Below are positions 11,273-20,073 of a stretch of DNA of 64,000 nt, in pieces. The position numbers were made by a program, and so were the translations under genes. The notes under the pieces were generated by a model, which saw nothing but the letters and a program-made list of their open reading frames with translations, ran no database searches and was not told the DNA's origin. Origin of the DNA: Oscillospiraceae bacterium. Its GTDB lineage: Bacteria; Bacillota; Clostridia; Oscillospirales; UBA644. Numbering within the stretch: position 1 is the first letter of the stretch; every line of letters starts with the position of its first letter. The stretch spans positions 36,759-100,758 of the forward strand of contig SVMT01000002.1 of assembly GCA_015067305.1 (NCBI GenBank). Direction: 5' to 3'.

Positions 11273-11653
11273 ATGAGCCTCTTAAAGAAATTCCTCGGCG
11301 ATGAAGACGAAATGAACGAAATGGAATCCGAATCCACATTACAAGGGTACCAGGATCCATCAGCACCTGAAGATTACAGTAAACCTAAGCCACAATTTGT
11401 ACTTGCAAAACCCGAACAAAGAGACGAGCTTCTCAATATTGCAGACCAGCTGCTTAACAGAAAAACCGTCATTTTGAATCTTGAGTTGGTAACTCAGGAT
11501 ACACGCCGTTTTGTGGACTTTCTCAGTGGTGTCGCATATGCATTGAACGGTCAAGTAAAGAAAGTTGCTGTTCATACATATTTGATAATTCCAGGTGGAC
11601 TTGAGATCTCCGGAGACATCTTCGATGATATCGAAGGCGACATGAACTTCTAA
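11273..11653 (+). CDS. sepF: Cell division protein SepF
   Basis: VILNLE...RRFVDFLSGVAYALNG. Confidence 0.93.
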   Translation: MSLLKKFLGDEDEMNEMESESTLQGYQDPSAPEDYSKPKPQFVLAKPEQRDELLNIADQLLNRKTVILNLELVTQDTRRFVDFLSGVAYALNGQVKKVAVHTYLIIPGGLEISGDIFDDIEGDMNF

Positions 11654-12406
11654 ATGCAATCAGAAGAAAAAGAACTGCTTTTAAAAAAAGTAGACCATAT
11701 GATTTCAGTTCTGAATAAAAGCGGAAGAGCTCAGTATTTTGGTTTTATTTCTGAAGAAGATGTTGACTATATAGCCAACTATCTGACTAAACGAAAGATA
11801 AACTTTGATACTTTTGGAGGAATTGAAGATTCAGAAAGATCCTATTTGAGCATATATGACGATTTTCCTCCAGACAGGACAGATTATCCTGTTTCCGTTA
11901 TAAAAATAGAACTTGCAAAGAATGCAAAGGAACAATCACACAGAAACTATTTGGGTAGCTTATTAGGATTGGGAATTGACAGACGAGTAATCGGTGATAT
12001 ACTCATTAATGATAAAACAGCATACGTATCAGTCAATTACGACTTTGTCAATTTTATCAAATCAGAACTGACGAAAATCAGCAATGAATCCTGTGAAGTA
12101 TCTGAAATTGAAGATTTTTCAGAACTCAAACGCAAAAGAGAGTTCAAAGAAATTACAATATCAGTCGCATCGAAAAGACTTGACGCTATTGTATCTGAAC
12201 TGACGAACTTATCAAGAGATGATTCAAAAAATCTCATAACCAAAGGTCTTGTTTCCGTAAACGGAGAAGAGGTACTTTCTCCTGTAAAGGAAATCAAGCC
12301 TGACAGTAAAATATCTGTCAGAAAACACGGTAAATTTATCTTTGTCGCAGAACAAGGTAATACAAAAAGCGGCAGGTTAAGATTAACATTTAAAAAGTAT
12401 ATGTAA
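11654..12406 (+). CDS. ylmH: YlmH-family S4-domain RNA-binding protein
   Basis: HRNYLGSLLGLG..R..IGDI, SKRLDAIVS, ISVRKHGKF. Confidence 0.92.
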   Translation: MQSEEKELLLKKVDHMISVLNKSGRAQYFGFISEEDVDYIANYLTKRKINFDTFGGIEDSERSYLSIYDDFPPDRTDYPVSVIKIELAKNAKEQSHRNYLGSLLGLGIDRRVIGDILINDKTAYVSVNYDFVNFIKSELTKISNESCEVSEIEDFSELKRKREFKEITISVASKRLDAIVSELTNLSRDDSKNLITKGLVSVNGEEVLSPVKEIKPDSKISVRKHGKFIFVAEQGNTKSGRLRLTFKKYM

Positions 12407-12429
12407 ATAATAAAGAAGGGGTGTACTTG

Positions 12430-13407
12430 ATGCTTTCTCCCAAAGACATCGAAACAAAAGAATTCAGTCGCTCTAAAATGGGTGGCTACAAGCCTGAAGA
12501 AGTTGACGATTTTCTGGATCAGATACTTTCCGACTATGTTGTTTTGCTTGAAGAAAAAGAACTTCTTAACAAGAAAATCACTACATTAACGGAAAAAATT
12601 GAAGTTTATCGTGACGAACAGGATAAGCAAAAATATTCTGCTGTAAACAATCAGAGAAATTATGACGATGTAATTGCCAATGCTAAGAAAAAAGCTGACA
12701 AACTCGTTTATGAAGCTCAGGATTACGCAAAGAAACTCATAGAAGCAGCAAAGGTTGAAGCTGAAAGACAGCAGCAGGTTAAGAGCCAGTTGACAGCTGA
12801 GGTTGAAGATTTCAAATCAAAGCTTCTCTCAATCTATGAAAATCATGTAAAACTGATATCCAGCATTCCTGTAATTAAGAGAGATGAAGAATATCAGACA
12901 TCAGCAACACTTGAAATGCTCAAAGTTGCAACAGCTGATGTTCAGGAAATGAAAAATGAAGCATCCGATATTGATGAAATGGAATCGGAGGCTGATGATC
13001 TTATTTCTGAAATTGAAGATAGAAGCTCTACAATAATTATGCCTTCTATCAGTGCAAAAATAAATGAGAACAAAGCTGACATTGAAAAAGATGAAGTTCG
13101 TAAATTCTCAAGAGTAAGACATATTGAAAATACAAAATCTGAGCTTTTTGATGAAGATGACGATGATTATCTTGAAGATGAATACAAAAAAGCTTCAAAA
13201 CGTTTAGTAAACACAAAAGACCTTGAGGAAGAAGATGAAGAGAAATCTGAAAAAGTAAGAGGTCTCTTTGACAGTAAGCCGAAAAGAGGACTTTTCGGAA
13301 ACAAAAAAACAAAACCCGTAAAAAAGAAGAAATATGAAGACGATGACGATGATGACGATCTCGACTTCGATGATGATGACGATTTTTACGATGACGATGA
13401 TGAATAA
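12430..13407 (+). CDS. divIVA: DivIVA-domain protein with long acidic C-terminus
   Basis: LSPKDIETKEF...GGYKPEEVDDFLD, coiled coil; ATG 12430 lies 8 nt behind AAGAAGGGG. Confidence 0.9.
   Translation: MLSPKDIETKEFSRSKMGGYKPEEVDDFLDQILSDYVVLLEEKELLNKKITTLTEKIEVYRDEQDKQKYSAVNNQRNYDDVIANAKKKADKLVYEAQDYAKKLIEAAKVEAERQQQVKSQLTAEVEDFKSKLLSIYENHVKLISSIPVIKRDEEYQTSATLEMLKVATADVQEMKNEASDIDEMESEADDLISEIEDRSSTIIMPSISAKINENKADIEKDEVRKFSRVRHIENTKSELFDEDDDDYLEDEYKKASKRLVNTKDLEEEDEEKSEKVRGLFDSKPKRGLFGNKKTKPVKKKKYEDDDDDDDLDFDDDDDFYDDDDE
13336..13404 (+). repeat. Low-complexity (GAY)n tract encoding a poly-Asp tail
   Basis: EDDDDDDDLDFDDDDDFYDDDDE with mixed GAT/GAC codons. Confidence 0.85.
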
Positions 13408-13433
13408 TTAAAACAGGGGAGTCAGACTTTATA

Positions 13434-16208
13434 ATGGATTATAATTCTACATTGAATTTACCAAAAACAGATTTTCCCATGAGAGCAGGTTTGCCTCAGA
13501 GAGAACCTGAAATGCTTAAAAAATGGAATGAAGGGGAGGTTTATCAGAAACTTCAGGAAAAGAATAAAGATAAGCCTAAGTTTGTACTTCACGACGGTCC
13601 TCCATTCTCTAACGGCAACATTCATATGGGTACAGCTATGAACAAGGTTTTAAAAGACTTTGTTATGAGATATAAAGCTATGAATGGTTATTGCACACCG
13701 TACACACCCGGTTGGGATAACCATGGTATGCCCATTGAAAGTGCTATTATCAAAAAGAATAAATTGGACAGAAAAAAGATGTCCATTCCTGAATTCAGAA
13801 ATGCTTGTGAGCAGTTTGCGAAAGACTTCGTTGATATTCAGAGAAATCAGTTTATAAGACTTGGTGTTCTTGCAGATTGGTATAAACCTTATCTTGCAAT
13901 GGATCCCAAATTTGAAGCAAAAGAAGTCAAAGTATTCGGCGAAATGTATAAGAAAGGATACATCTACAAAGGACTTAAACCTGTTTACTGGTGCCCAGTG
14001 GATGAAACAGCTCTTGCAGAAGCTGAAATCGAATACAAAGATGCTCCTTGTACATCTATTTATGTTAAATTCAAAGTTGAAGATGATAAGGGAAAACTTG
14101 CTCAGTATGGTGATATCAATAATATGTATTTCATCATCTGGACAACTACCACATGGACACTCCCCGGAAACCTTGCAATAGCTCTCCATCCCGCTGAGAG
14201 TTACGTACTTGCTGAAGCTGCAAACGGTGAAAAGTATATTCTTGCTGAAGCTCTTCTTAAAAAGACAATGCAAGCAGGAGGTATAGATGATTACAAAATC
14301 GTTGAATACTTTAAAGGTTCAGATTTTGAATATATGACCGCTAAACATCCTTTCATTGACAGAACAAGCCTTCTTGTAACAGCAGATTACGTTACAATGG
14401 AAAGCGGTACAGGATGCGTCCATACAGCTCCAGGTTTCGGTGCTGACGACTACAACACATGTCGTAGATACAAAATGGACATGATCGTTCCTGTTGACGG
14501 AAGAGGCTATCAAACAGAGGATGCAGGTAAATTTGCTGGTCTCAGATACGATGAATCCAATGAAGCTATTCTTGCAGATCTTAAAGAATCCAAAGCTCTT
14601 TTCGCAAGTGAAGATGTAATCCACTCTTATCCCCATTGCTGGAGATGTAAGAATCCTATTATCTTCAGAGCAACACCTCAGTGGTTCTGCAGCGTAGAAT
14701 CTTTCAAAGAAGATGCAGTAAAAGCTTGTAAGAATGTTACATGGTCACCTGAATGGGGCGGTGAAAGAATCACACAGATGATTACAGAACGTGCCGATTG
14801 GTGTATCTCCAGACAAAGACATTGGGGGCTTCCTATCCCTGTATTCTATTGCAAAGATTGCGGAAAACCTATTTGCGATGAAACTACAATAAATGCGATC
14901 TCTGAACTCTTCGGAGCTGAAGGTTCTAATGCTTGGTACCTTAAAGAATCTGAAGAGATTCTCCCCACAGGATATAAATGTCCTCATTGCGGTGGTATAC
15001 ATTTCACAAAAGAAACAGATACTCTTGACTGTTGGTTCGACTCTGGTTCAACACATTACTGTGTGCTTGGCGAAGATGAATGGCCTGCAGATATGTATCT
15101 TGAAGGTGCTGACCAGTACAGAGGTTGGTTCCAGTCATCACTCCTTACAGCCGTTGGAGCTCTCGGTAAAGGCGCTCCTTACAAAATGGTACTCACTCAT
15201 GGCTGGGTAGTTGACGGTGAAGGCAAAGCAATGCACAAATCCCTCGGCAACTCCATAGCTCCCGAAGAGATAATCTCCAAATACGGTGCAGACCTTCTCA
15301 GACTTTGGGTTGCTTCTTCAGACTACAGAGCTGACGTAAGAGTTTCCGATGACATATTCAAACAGCTCTCTCAGGCTTATCTCAAAATTAGAAACACTGC
15401 AAGATATTTCCTCGGAAATCTTGACGGATTTGATGCTAATAACCTTGTTAAACCCGAAGAAATGCTTCCCCTTGATAAGTGGGCGGTTTCAGCGCTTAAC
15501 GATCTCATGAAGAGAGTTAAAGCAGGCTACGAAGCATATGAATATCACATTGTGTATCATGCTATCAGAAACTTCTGCGTAGTTGAAATGTCTAACTTCT
15601 ATATGGACGTTATCAAAGACACTCTTTATTGCGAAGCAAAAGACGGTCTTAAGAGAAGAAGTGCTCAGACAGCTATGTATCTTATCCTTGATGCTATGGT
15701 AAAAATGCTTGCACCTATTCTTTCATTTACTGCTGACGAAATCTGGAAGGCTATGCCCCACAGAGATGGCGATGATGCGGAAAATATTGCATTCAACCAG
15801 ATGGCAGTTCCTTACGAAGAATATCAGCTTGATGTTAATACAATGTACGAATTCGGCGAATACATCAAACTCAGAGATGACATCAATCTTCTTCTTGAAG
15901 AAGCGAGAAGTGCAAAACTTATCGGTAAACCACTTGAAGCAGCTATCACACTTTATTGTGATGATAAAGCTTACGATAAACTTTCAGAAAAAATAGATAT
16001 GATCAAGATGATCACAATCGTTTCTGATGTTAAGATCGTAAAAGGTTCCGATGGTAAAGCATGCGAACACTTTGAAGGAGTATCCGCAGTTGTAACGAAA
16101 GCTGAAGGCGAAAAGTGTGAACGTTGTTGGATGTACAGCAAAGATGTAGGTTCAGACAGTGAACACCCCACACTTTGTCCCAGATGCGCAGCTGTAGTCA
16201 AAGAATAA
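13434..16208 (+). CDS. ileS: Isoleucine--tRNA ligase (type 1)
   Basis: LHDGPPFSNG-HMGT, WCISRQR, AMHKS, C-terminal CERCW...CPRC zinc motif. Confidence 0.98.
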   Translation: MDYNSTLNLPKTDFPMRAGLPQREPEMLKKWNEGEVYQKLQEKNKDKPKFVLHDGPPFSNGNIHMGTAMNKVLKDFVMRYKAMNGYCTPYTPGWDNHGMPIESAIIKKNKLDRKKMSIPEFRNACEQFAKDFVDIQRNQFIRLGVLADWYKPYLAMDPKFEAKEVKVFGEMYKKGYIYKGLKPVYWCPVDETALAEAEIEYKDAPCTSIYVKFKVEDDKGKLAQYGDINNMYFIIWTTTTWTLPGNLAIALHPAESYVLAEAANGEKYILAEALLKKTMQAGGIDDYKIVEYFKGSDFEYMTAKHPFIDRTSLLVTADYVTMESGTGCVHTAPGFGADDYNTCRRYKMDMIVPVDGRGYQTEDAGKFAGLRYDESNEAILADLKESKALFASEDVIHSYPHCWRCKNPIIFRATPQWFCSVESFKEDAVKACKNVTWSPEWGGERITQMITERADWCISRQRHWGLPIPVFYCKDCGKPICDETTINAISELFGAEGSNAWYLKESEEILPTGYKCPHCGGIHFTKETDTLDCWFDSGSTHYCVLGEDEWPADMYLEGADQYRGWFQSSLLTAVGALGKGAPYKMVLTHGWVVDGEGKAMHKSLGNSIAPEEIISKYGADLLRLWVASSDYRADVRVSDDIFKQLSQAYLKIRNTARYFLGNLDGFDANNLVKPEEMLPLDKWAVSALNDLMKRVKAGYEAYEYHIVYHAIRNFCVVEMSNFYMDVIKDTLYCEAKDGLKRRSAQTAMYLILDAMVKMLAPILSFTADEIWKAMPHRDGDDAENIAFNQMAVPYEEYQLDVNTMYEFGEYIKLRDDINLLLEEARSAKLIGKPLEAAITLYCDDKAYDKLSEKIDMIKMITIVSDVKIVKGSDGKACEHFEGVSAVVTKAEGEKCERCWMYSKDVGSDSEHPTLCPRCAAVVKE

Positions 16209-16211
16209 ATC

Positions 16212-16748
16212 ATGAAAAAAACCAACATTCTAAAATATATCAGCTTTGCAGTGATTGCGATCATTGGCATAGCTATTGATCAGATAGTAAAGGCTTGGGC
16301 TTATAATGAGCTCAGGCCTGTTGGTTCTATACCACTTATAAAAGATGTTTTCCATTTCACATACAGGGAAAATACAGGCGCTGCTTTCAGTTTTCTTGAA
16401 GGAAATAATGTTTTTTTCATAATACTGACTTCCTGTGTTATTTTGGTGCTTCTCTGGTTGCTTTTATCAGGACGGGTAACAAATAAAATAGCTGAATATT
16501 GCGTACTGTTTATTTCTATGGGTGGAATAGGAAACCTTATAGACAGATTCAATTATGAGTTTGTTGTGGATATGTTTGATTTCACTTTGATAAATTTTGC
16601 TGTATTCAATGTCGCTGATATTTTTGTGACCTGTGGCAGCATACTTTTTCTTATAATTTTCCTTTTTACCAAAGGAGAAGTAATTGATCTCGAATCAAGA
16701 AAGAAAAAAGTTTCCTCAGAAGAAAATGTAATAAACAATGAAAACTGA
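16212..16748 (+). CDS. lspA: Lipoprotein signal peptidase II
   Basis: DQIVK, NTGAAFS, GGIGNLIDR, VVD, FNVAD. Confidence 0.96.
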   Translation: MKKTNILKYISFAVIAIIGIAIDQIVKAWAYNELRPVGSIPLIKDVFHFTYRENTGAAFSFLEGNNVFFIILTSCVILVLLWLLLSGRVTNKIAEYCVLFISMGGIGNLIDRFNYEFVVDMFDFTLINFAVFNVADIFVTCGSILFLIIFLFTKGEVIDLESRKKKVSSEENVINNEN

Positions 16749-17679
16749 ACTTGAAACTGAAATTCTTTCCGTGACAACAGGAGAGAATGACGAAAAGAAA
16801 AGACTTGACAGTTTCTGTTCCGAATCTTTTGAATTAACTCGCTCAGGAGCAGTGATCCAAATAGAAGAGGGAAACATAACAGTTAACGGTAAAGTCGAAT
16901 CAAAAAATTACCGCATAAAAAATGGTGATATAATTGAATTTGAACCACCGGAACCAAAATCAACAGAAATAATTCCGGAGGATATACCACTTGATATCGC
17001 ATATGAAGACAAACACATTATCGTGGTCAATAAACCTCAGGGAATGGTTGTTCATCCCGCATACGGTAACGAGTCAGGGACTCTCGTAAACGCGCTCCTG
17101 CATTACTGTGGAGACTCTCTTTCAGGAATAAACGGAGTTATTCGTCCGGGAATCGTTCACCGCATAGATAAAGATACAAGTGGTTTGCTTATAGTGGCCA
17201 AAACCAATGACGCACATTTAGGGCTTGCTGAACAGATAAAGGAACACAGCTTTACGAGAAGATATCAAGCCATAAATGTGGGCTATTTTAAAGAGTCTAC
17301 GGGAACCATTGATCTACCCATAGGTAGACATCCTGTTGATCGGAAAAAGATGGCTGTAACCAGCCAGAATTCCCGAAATGCAGTTACACACTACAAAACG
17401 ATCGAAGAGCTTTGCGGTTTTTCACATATGGAGTTTGATTTGGAAACAGGAAGGACTCACCAGATCAGAGTACATACGGCACATATGGGACACCCCATAC
17501 TCGGCGACCCCGTGTACTCAAATACAAAAAAATATTCGGAGAAATTCCACCTGCAAGGTCAATGCCTTCATGCTAAATTTATTGAGTTTGTTCACCCAAT
17601 AACAAACGAAGTCATTTCTCTAGACAGCGAAATTCCCGAATATATGAAAGATGTAATTGAAAAACTTAGAAATAATTAA
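16738..17679 (+). CDS. rluD: RluA/RluD-family pseudouridine synthase
   Basis: S4 domain, NKPQGMVVHP, GIVHRIDKDTSG, LETGRTHQIRVH. Confidence 0.93.
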   Translation: MKTELETEILSVTTGENDEKKRLDSFCSESFELTRSGAVIQIEEGNITVNGKVESKNYRIKNGDIIEFEPPEPKSTEIIPEDIPLDIAYEDKHIIVVNKPQGMVVHPAYGNESGTLVNALLHYCGDSLSGINGVIRPGIVHRIDKDTSGLLIVAKTNDAHLGLAEQIKEHSFTRRYQAINVGYFKESTGTIDLPIGRHPVDRKKMAVTSQNSRNAVTHYKTIEELCGFSHMEFDLETGRTHQIRVHTAHMGHPILGDPVYSNTKKYSEKFHLQGQCLHAKFIEFVHPITNEVISLDSEIPEYMKDVIEKLRNN

Positions 17680-17686
17680 ACATGAA

Positions 17687-17716
17687 AAGACAGAGAGTCC
17701 GAAGATTCTCTGTCTT
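17687..17716. terminator. Hairpin between convergent rluD and fucO
   Basis: AAGACAGAGAGTC CGAA GATTCTCTGTCTT. Confidence 0.8.
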
Positions 17717-17734
17717 AAACTTGTATTATTAATA

Positions 17735-18880
17735 TTAGAGAAGGCTGTTGTAAAGAGCAGTGATCTCTTCAACGCTTGTTTCTCTGGGGTTACCGGGACG
17801 GCAAGCATCGTCATAAGCGGACTGTGCAAGGAATGCAACGTCTTCGGGTTTAACGATATCTTTGAGGTCGGCAGGGATGCCAACATCAGCAGAAAGTTTC
17901 TTAACAGCATCGATAGCAGCTTTTCTGTATTCTTCAACTGTCATATTTTCTGTGCCTTCAACACCCATAGCAGCTGCGATATATTTGTATTTGTCGCCTG
18001 TAGCAGGAGCGTTATATTCCATAACTGTAGGAAGAATAATAGCGTTAGCTACGCCGTGAGGTGTATCGTAAAGAGCACCAAGAGGGTGAGCCATTGAGTG
18101 AACGATACCAAGACCTACGTTAGAGAAGCCCATACCTGCAACGTACTGACCGAGAGCCATACCGTCTCTGCCTTCTTTTTCGTTGTTTACAGCACCGCGA
18201 AGGGAAGCAGCGATGATTCTGATAGCTTCAATGTGGAACATATCGGAAAGAGCCCATGCGCCTTTTGTGATGTAACCTTCAATAGCGTGTGTAAGAGCAT
18301 CCATACCTGTTGCAGCTGTGAGACCTTTGGGCATTGTAGCCATCATATCGGGGTCAACAACAGCAACTACGGGAATGTCGTGTACGTCTACGCAAACCAT
18401 TTTTCTGTTCTTTTCAGCGTCTGTGATAACGTAGTTGATAGTTACTTCAGCAGCTGTACCTGCAGTTGTGGGAACTGCAATGACAGGAACACACTTGTTC
18501 TTTGTGGGAGCAACGCCTTCAAGAGAACGAACGTCAGCAAATTCGGGGTTTGTGATGATGATACCGATAGCTTTAGCTGTGTCCATGGAAGAGCCGCCGC
18601 CGATAGCTACGATACAGTCAGCACCGCAAGCTTTGAAAGCTTCAACGCCTGCTTGTACGTTTTCGATTGTGGGGTTGGGTTTGATTTCAGAGAATACGGA
18701 GTATTCAATAGCCGCATTGTCAAGAACGTCAAGGACTTTCTTTGTAACGCCGAACTTAATAAGGTCGGGGTCTGAAGCTACAAATACTTTCTTGAAATTT
18801 CTTGCCTTTACTTCATCAGCGATAGCAGCAATAGCTCCTGCACCGTGATAAGATGTTTCATTTAATACAAATCTGTTCAT
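17735..18880 (-). CDS. fucO: Lactaldehyde reductase (Fe-dependent alcohol dehydrogenase)
   Basis: MNRFVLNETSYHG, GGGSSMDTAK, PTTAGT, DALTHAIE, HSMAH..PHG; start moved to 18880 behind GAAAGGA. Confidence 0.92.
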   Translation of the reverse strand: MNRFVLNETSYHGAGAIAAIADEVKARNFKKVFVASDPDLIKFGVTKKVLDVLDNAAIEYSVFSEIKPNPTIENVQAGVEAFKACGADCIVAIGGGSSMDTAKAIGIIITNPEFADVRSLEGVAPTKNKCVPVIAVPTTAGTAAEVTINYVITDAEKNRKMVCVDVHDIPVVAVVDPDMMATMPKGLTAATGMDALTHAIEGYITKGAWALSDMFHIEAIRIIAASLRGAVNNEKEGRDGMALGQYVAGMGFSNVGLGIVHSMAHPLGALYDTPHGVANAIILPTVMEYNAPATGDKYKYIAAAMGVEGTENMTVEEYRKAAIDAVKKLSADVGIPADLKDIVKPEDVAFLAQSAYDDACRPGNPRETSVEEITALYNSLL

Positions 18881-18980
18881 TGGAGTGATATCCTTTCTTT
18901 TATAAATATTTACTCTTATAGTATATACCAAAATAAACGGAAAGTCAATAGCAATTTACAGACAATTTTTTAAAAAACAG

Positions 18981-19010
18981 AAAAAACCTCTTACCGGAAA
19001 GGTAAGAGGT
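18981..19010 (-). terminator. Intrinsic terminator of the 19018-19476 gene
   Basis: ACCTCTTACC/GGTAAGAGGT stem followed by a U-run on the minus strand. Confidence 0.85.
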
Positions 19011-19017
19011 GTAGATA

Positions 19018-19476
19018 TTACTGATTATTTTTCAGATCATCATACAGCTTTTCGTAAAATGAAAGCAATTTGTTTAAAGTTTCTTCTCTTTCACAGAAAA
19101 CAGCAGTAACACTGTTTACACATTCATAAATGTAAGAATCACCCTCGACATTTGTATTTGCAAAAATACTCTCTAAAGAATCACCCATCCTGTGAAGTGA
19201 AAAATTTGAGTTTTCAGTCAACTGTTTTTGCAATAACACTATCTGGTTAAAAACTTCTCTGAGTGTAAGTTCATTTTTATTCTCTGTTGTTTCAATATAC
19301 ATATTATCTGTCATTTTATTATCCTCCAAAAATTCTTTCGGCGGACACGCAATGCATATTGTATTTTCATCAATAAAGCGCGCCCTGCCGTTTTTAACAA
19401 GACCTTTAGCCCTTTTAGGGTAGGTCGCACCGTACTCATTTCCTTGCTCATCAACAACAAGAATGTTTTTTGTCAT
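19018..19476 (-). CDS. Hypothetical protein with PLMP/RRXRR-like N-terminal domain and helical C-terminal part
   Basis: MTKNILVVDEQGNEYGATYPKRAKGLVKNGRARFIDENTICIACPP; ATG 19476 behind AGGGGGA; has its own promoter and terminator. Confidence 0.8.
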   Translation of the reverse strand: MTKNILVVDEQGNEYGATYPKRAKGLVKNGRARFIDENTICIACPPKEFLEDNKMTDNMYIETTENKNELTLREVFNQIVLLQKQLTENSNFSLHRMGDSLESIFANTNVEGDSYIYECVNSVTAVFCEREETLNKLLSFYEKLYDDLKNNQ

Positions 19477-19542
19477 GGGTTCCATCCCCCTTGTTTGATA
19501 GCTTAAAGTGAACTTTTGTTTTTTGTTATGGGTGTCGTCCCC
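19465..19542 (-). repeat. Two imperfect 25-nt direct repeats in the leader/start of the 19476 gene
   Basis: mRNA sense GGGGACGACACCCATAACAAAAAAC (19542-19518) and GGGGATGGAACCCATGACAAAAAAC (19489-19465); 21/25 identical, 53-nt period. Confidence 0.85.
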
Positions 19543-19555
19543 AATTCACATAAAC

Positions 19556-19584
19556 AGTATAACATATTATAACACAAAAGTAAA
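19556..19584 (-). promoter_or_regulatory. Sigma-A promoter of the 19476 gene
   Basis: TTTACT-17 nt-TATACT with extended TG. Confidence 0.55.
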
Positions 19585-19723
19585 GACTTTATATGTAACA
19601 AATCATCTACAAATAAACAATACAGATCAATAAAGTGAATACATCCACAAAAGGCAATCGCTTATATGTCACAAATACAACATATTCAAACCCAGAATTT
19701 ACAAATTGTTTCCATTTGTGGGC

Positions 19724-19752
19724 TTGCAAAATCTTAAAAAGTGTGATATAAT
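19724..19752 (+). promoter_or_regulatory. Sigma-A promoter of tRNA-Arg/tRNA-Gln
   Basis: TTGCAA-17 nt-TATAAT with TG extension. Confidence 0.8.
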
Positions 19753-19778
19753 ATATGAGCTGTGAAAAACAAGCATAT

Positions 19779-19855
19779 GTATCCGTAGCTCAGCAGGATA
19801 GAGCAACTGCCTTCTAAGCAGTAGGTTGGGGGTTCGAGTCCCTCCGGGTACGCCA
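19779..19855 (+). tRNA. tRNA-Arg(UCU)
   Basis: Cloverleaf; anticodon arm ACTGC-CT-TCT-AA-GCAGT; GGTTCGAGT; encoded CCA. Confidence 0.97.
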
Positions 19856-19857
19856 GA

Positions 19858-19912
19858 TGAGAGGTAATAGTTGAATAGATAGTGGAAATTATCTATTATC
19901 TGTTATCTCTCA
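19858..19912 (+). other. Long hairpin in the tRNA spacer
   Basis: TGAGAGGTAATAG/CTGTTATCTCTCA plus AATAGATAGT-GGAA-ATTATCTATT. Confidence 0.75.
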
Positions 19913-19924
19913 AAAATTTTATAT

Positions 19925-20000
19925 TGGGGCATCGCCAAGTCGGTAAGGCACAGGACTTTGACTCCTGTACTCGCTGGTTCGAGTCCAGCTGTCCCAGCCA
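19925..20000 (+). tRNA. tRNA-Gln(UUG)
   Basis: TGGGGCA acceptor; CAGGA-CT-TTG-AC-TCCTG; GGTTCGAGT; CCA. Confidence 0.97.
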
Positions 20001-20031
20001 ACCCCGATGCTATAAGCATCGGGGTTCATTT
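20000..20031 (+). terminator. Terminator after tRNA-Gln
   Basis: AACCCCGATGCT ATA AGCATCGGGGTT. Confidence 0.8.
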
Positions 20032-20073
20032 ATTGGTATAAAAATGATTTCAACGTAAAGGATATCTAAAATA

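Noticed and set aside
13650-16270. Antisense and alternate-frame ORFs in ileS (similarly in mutS, glnA, the SPFH gene and vor genes)
   Set aside because: Fully nested in well-supported conserved genes; typical shadow ORFs.
17620-18848. Several long overlapping ORFs on fucO (up to 225 aa)
   Set aside because: Antisense or alternate-frame shadows of a codon-biased gene, with no RBS or protein motifs.
19018-19720. Intact IscB/OMEGA element
   Set aside because: No RuvC or HNH residues, only ~75 nt of leader, and no transposon ends or TnpA.
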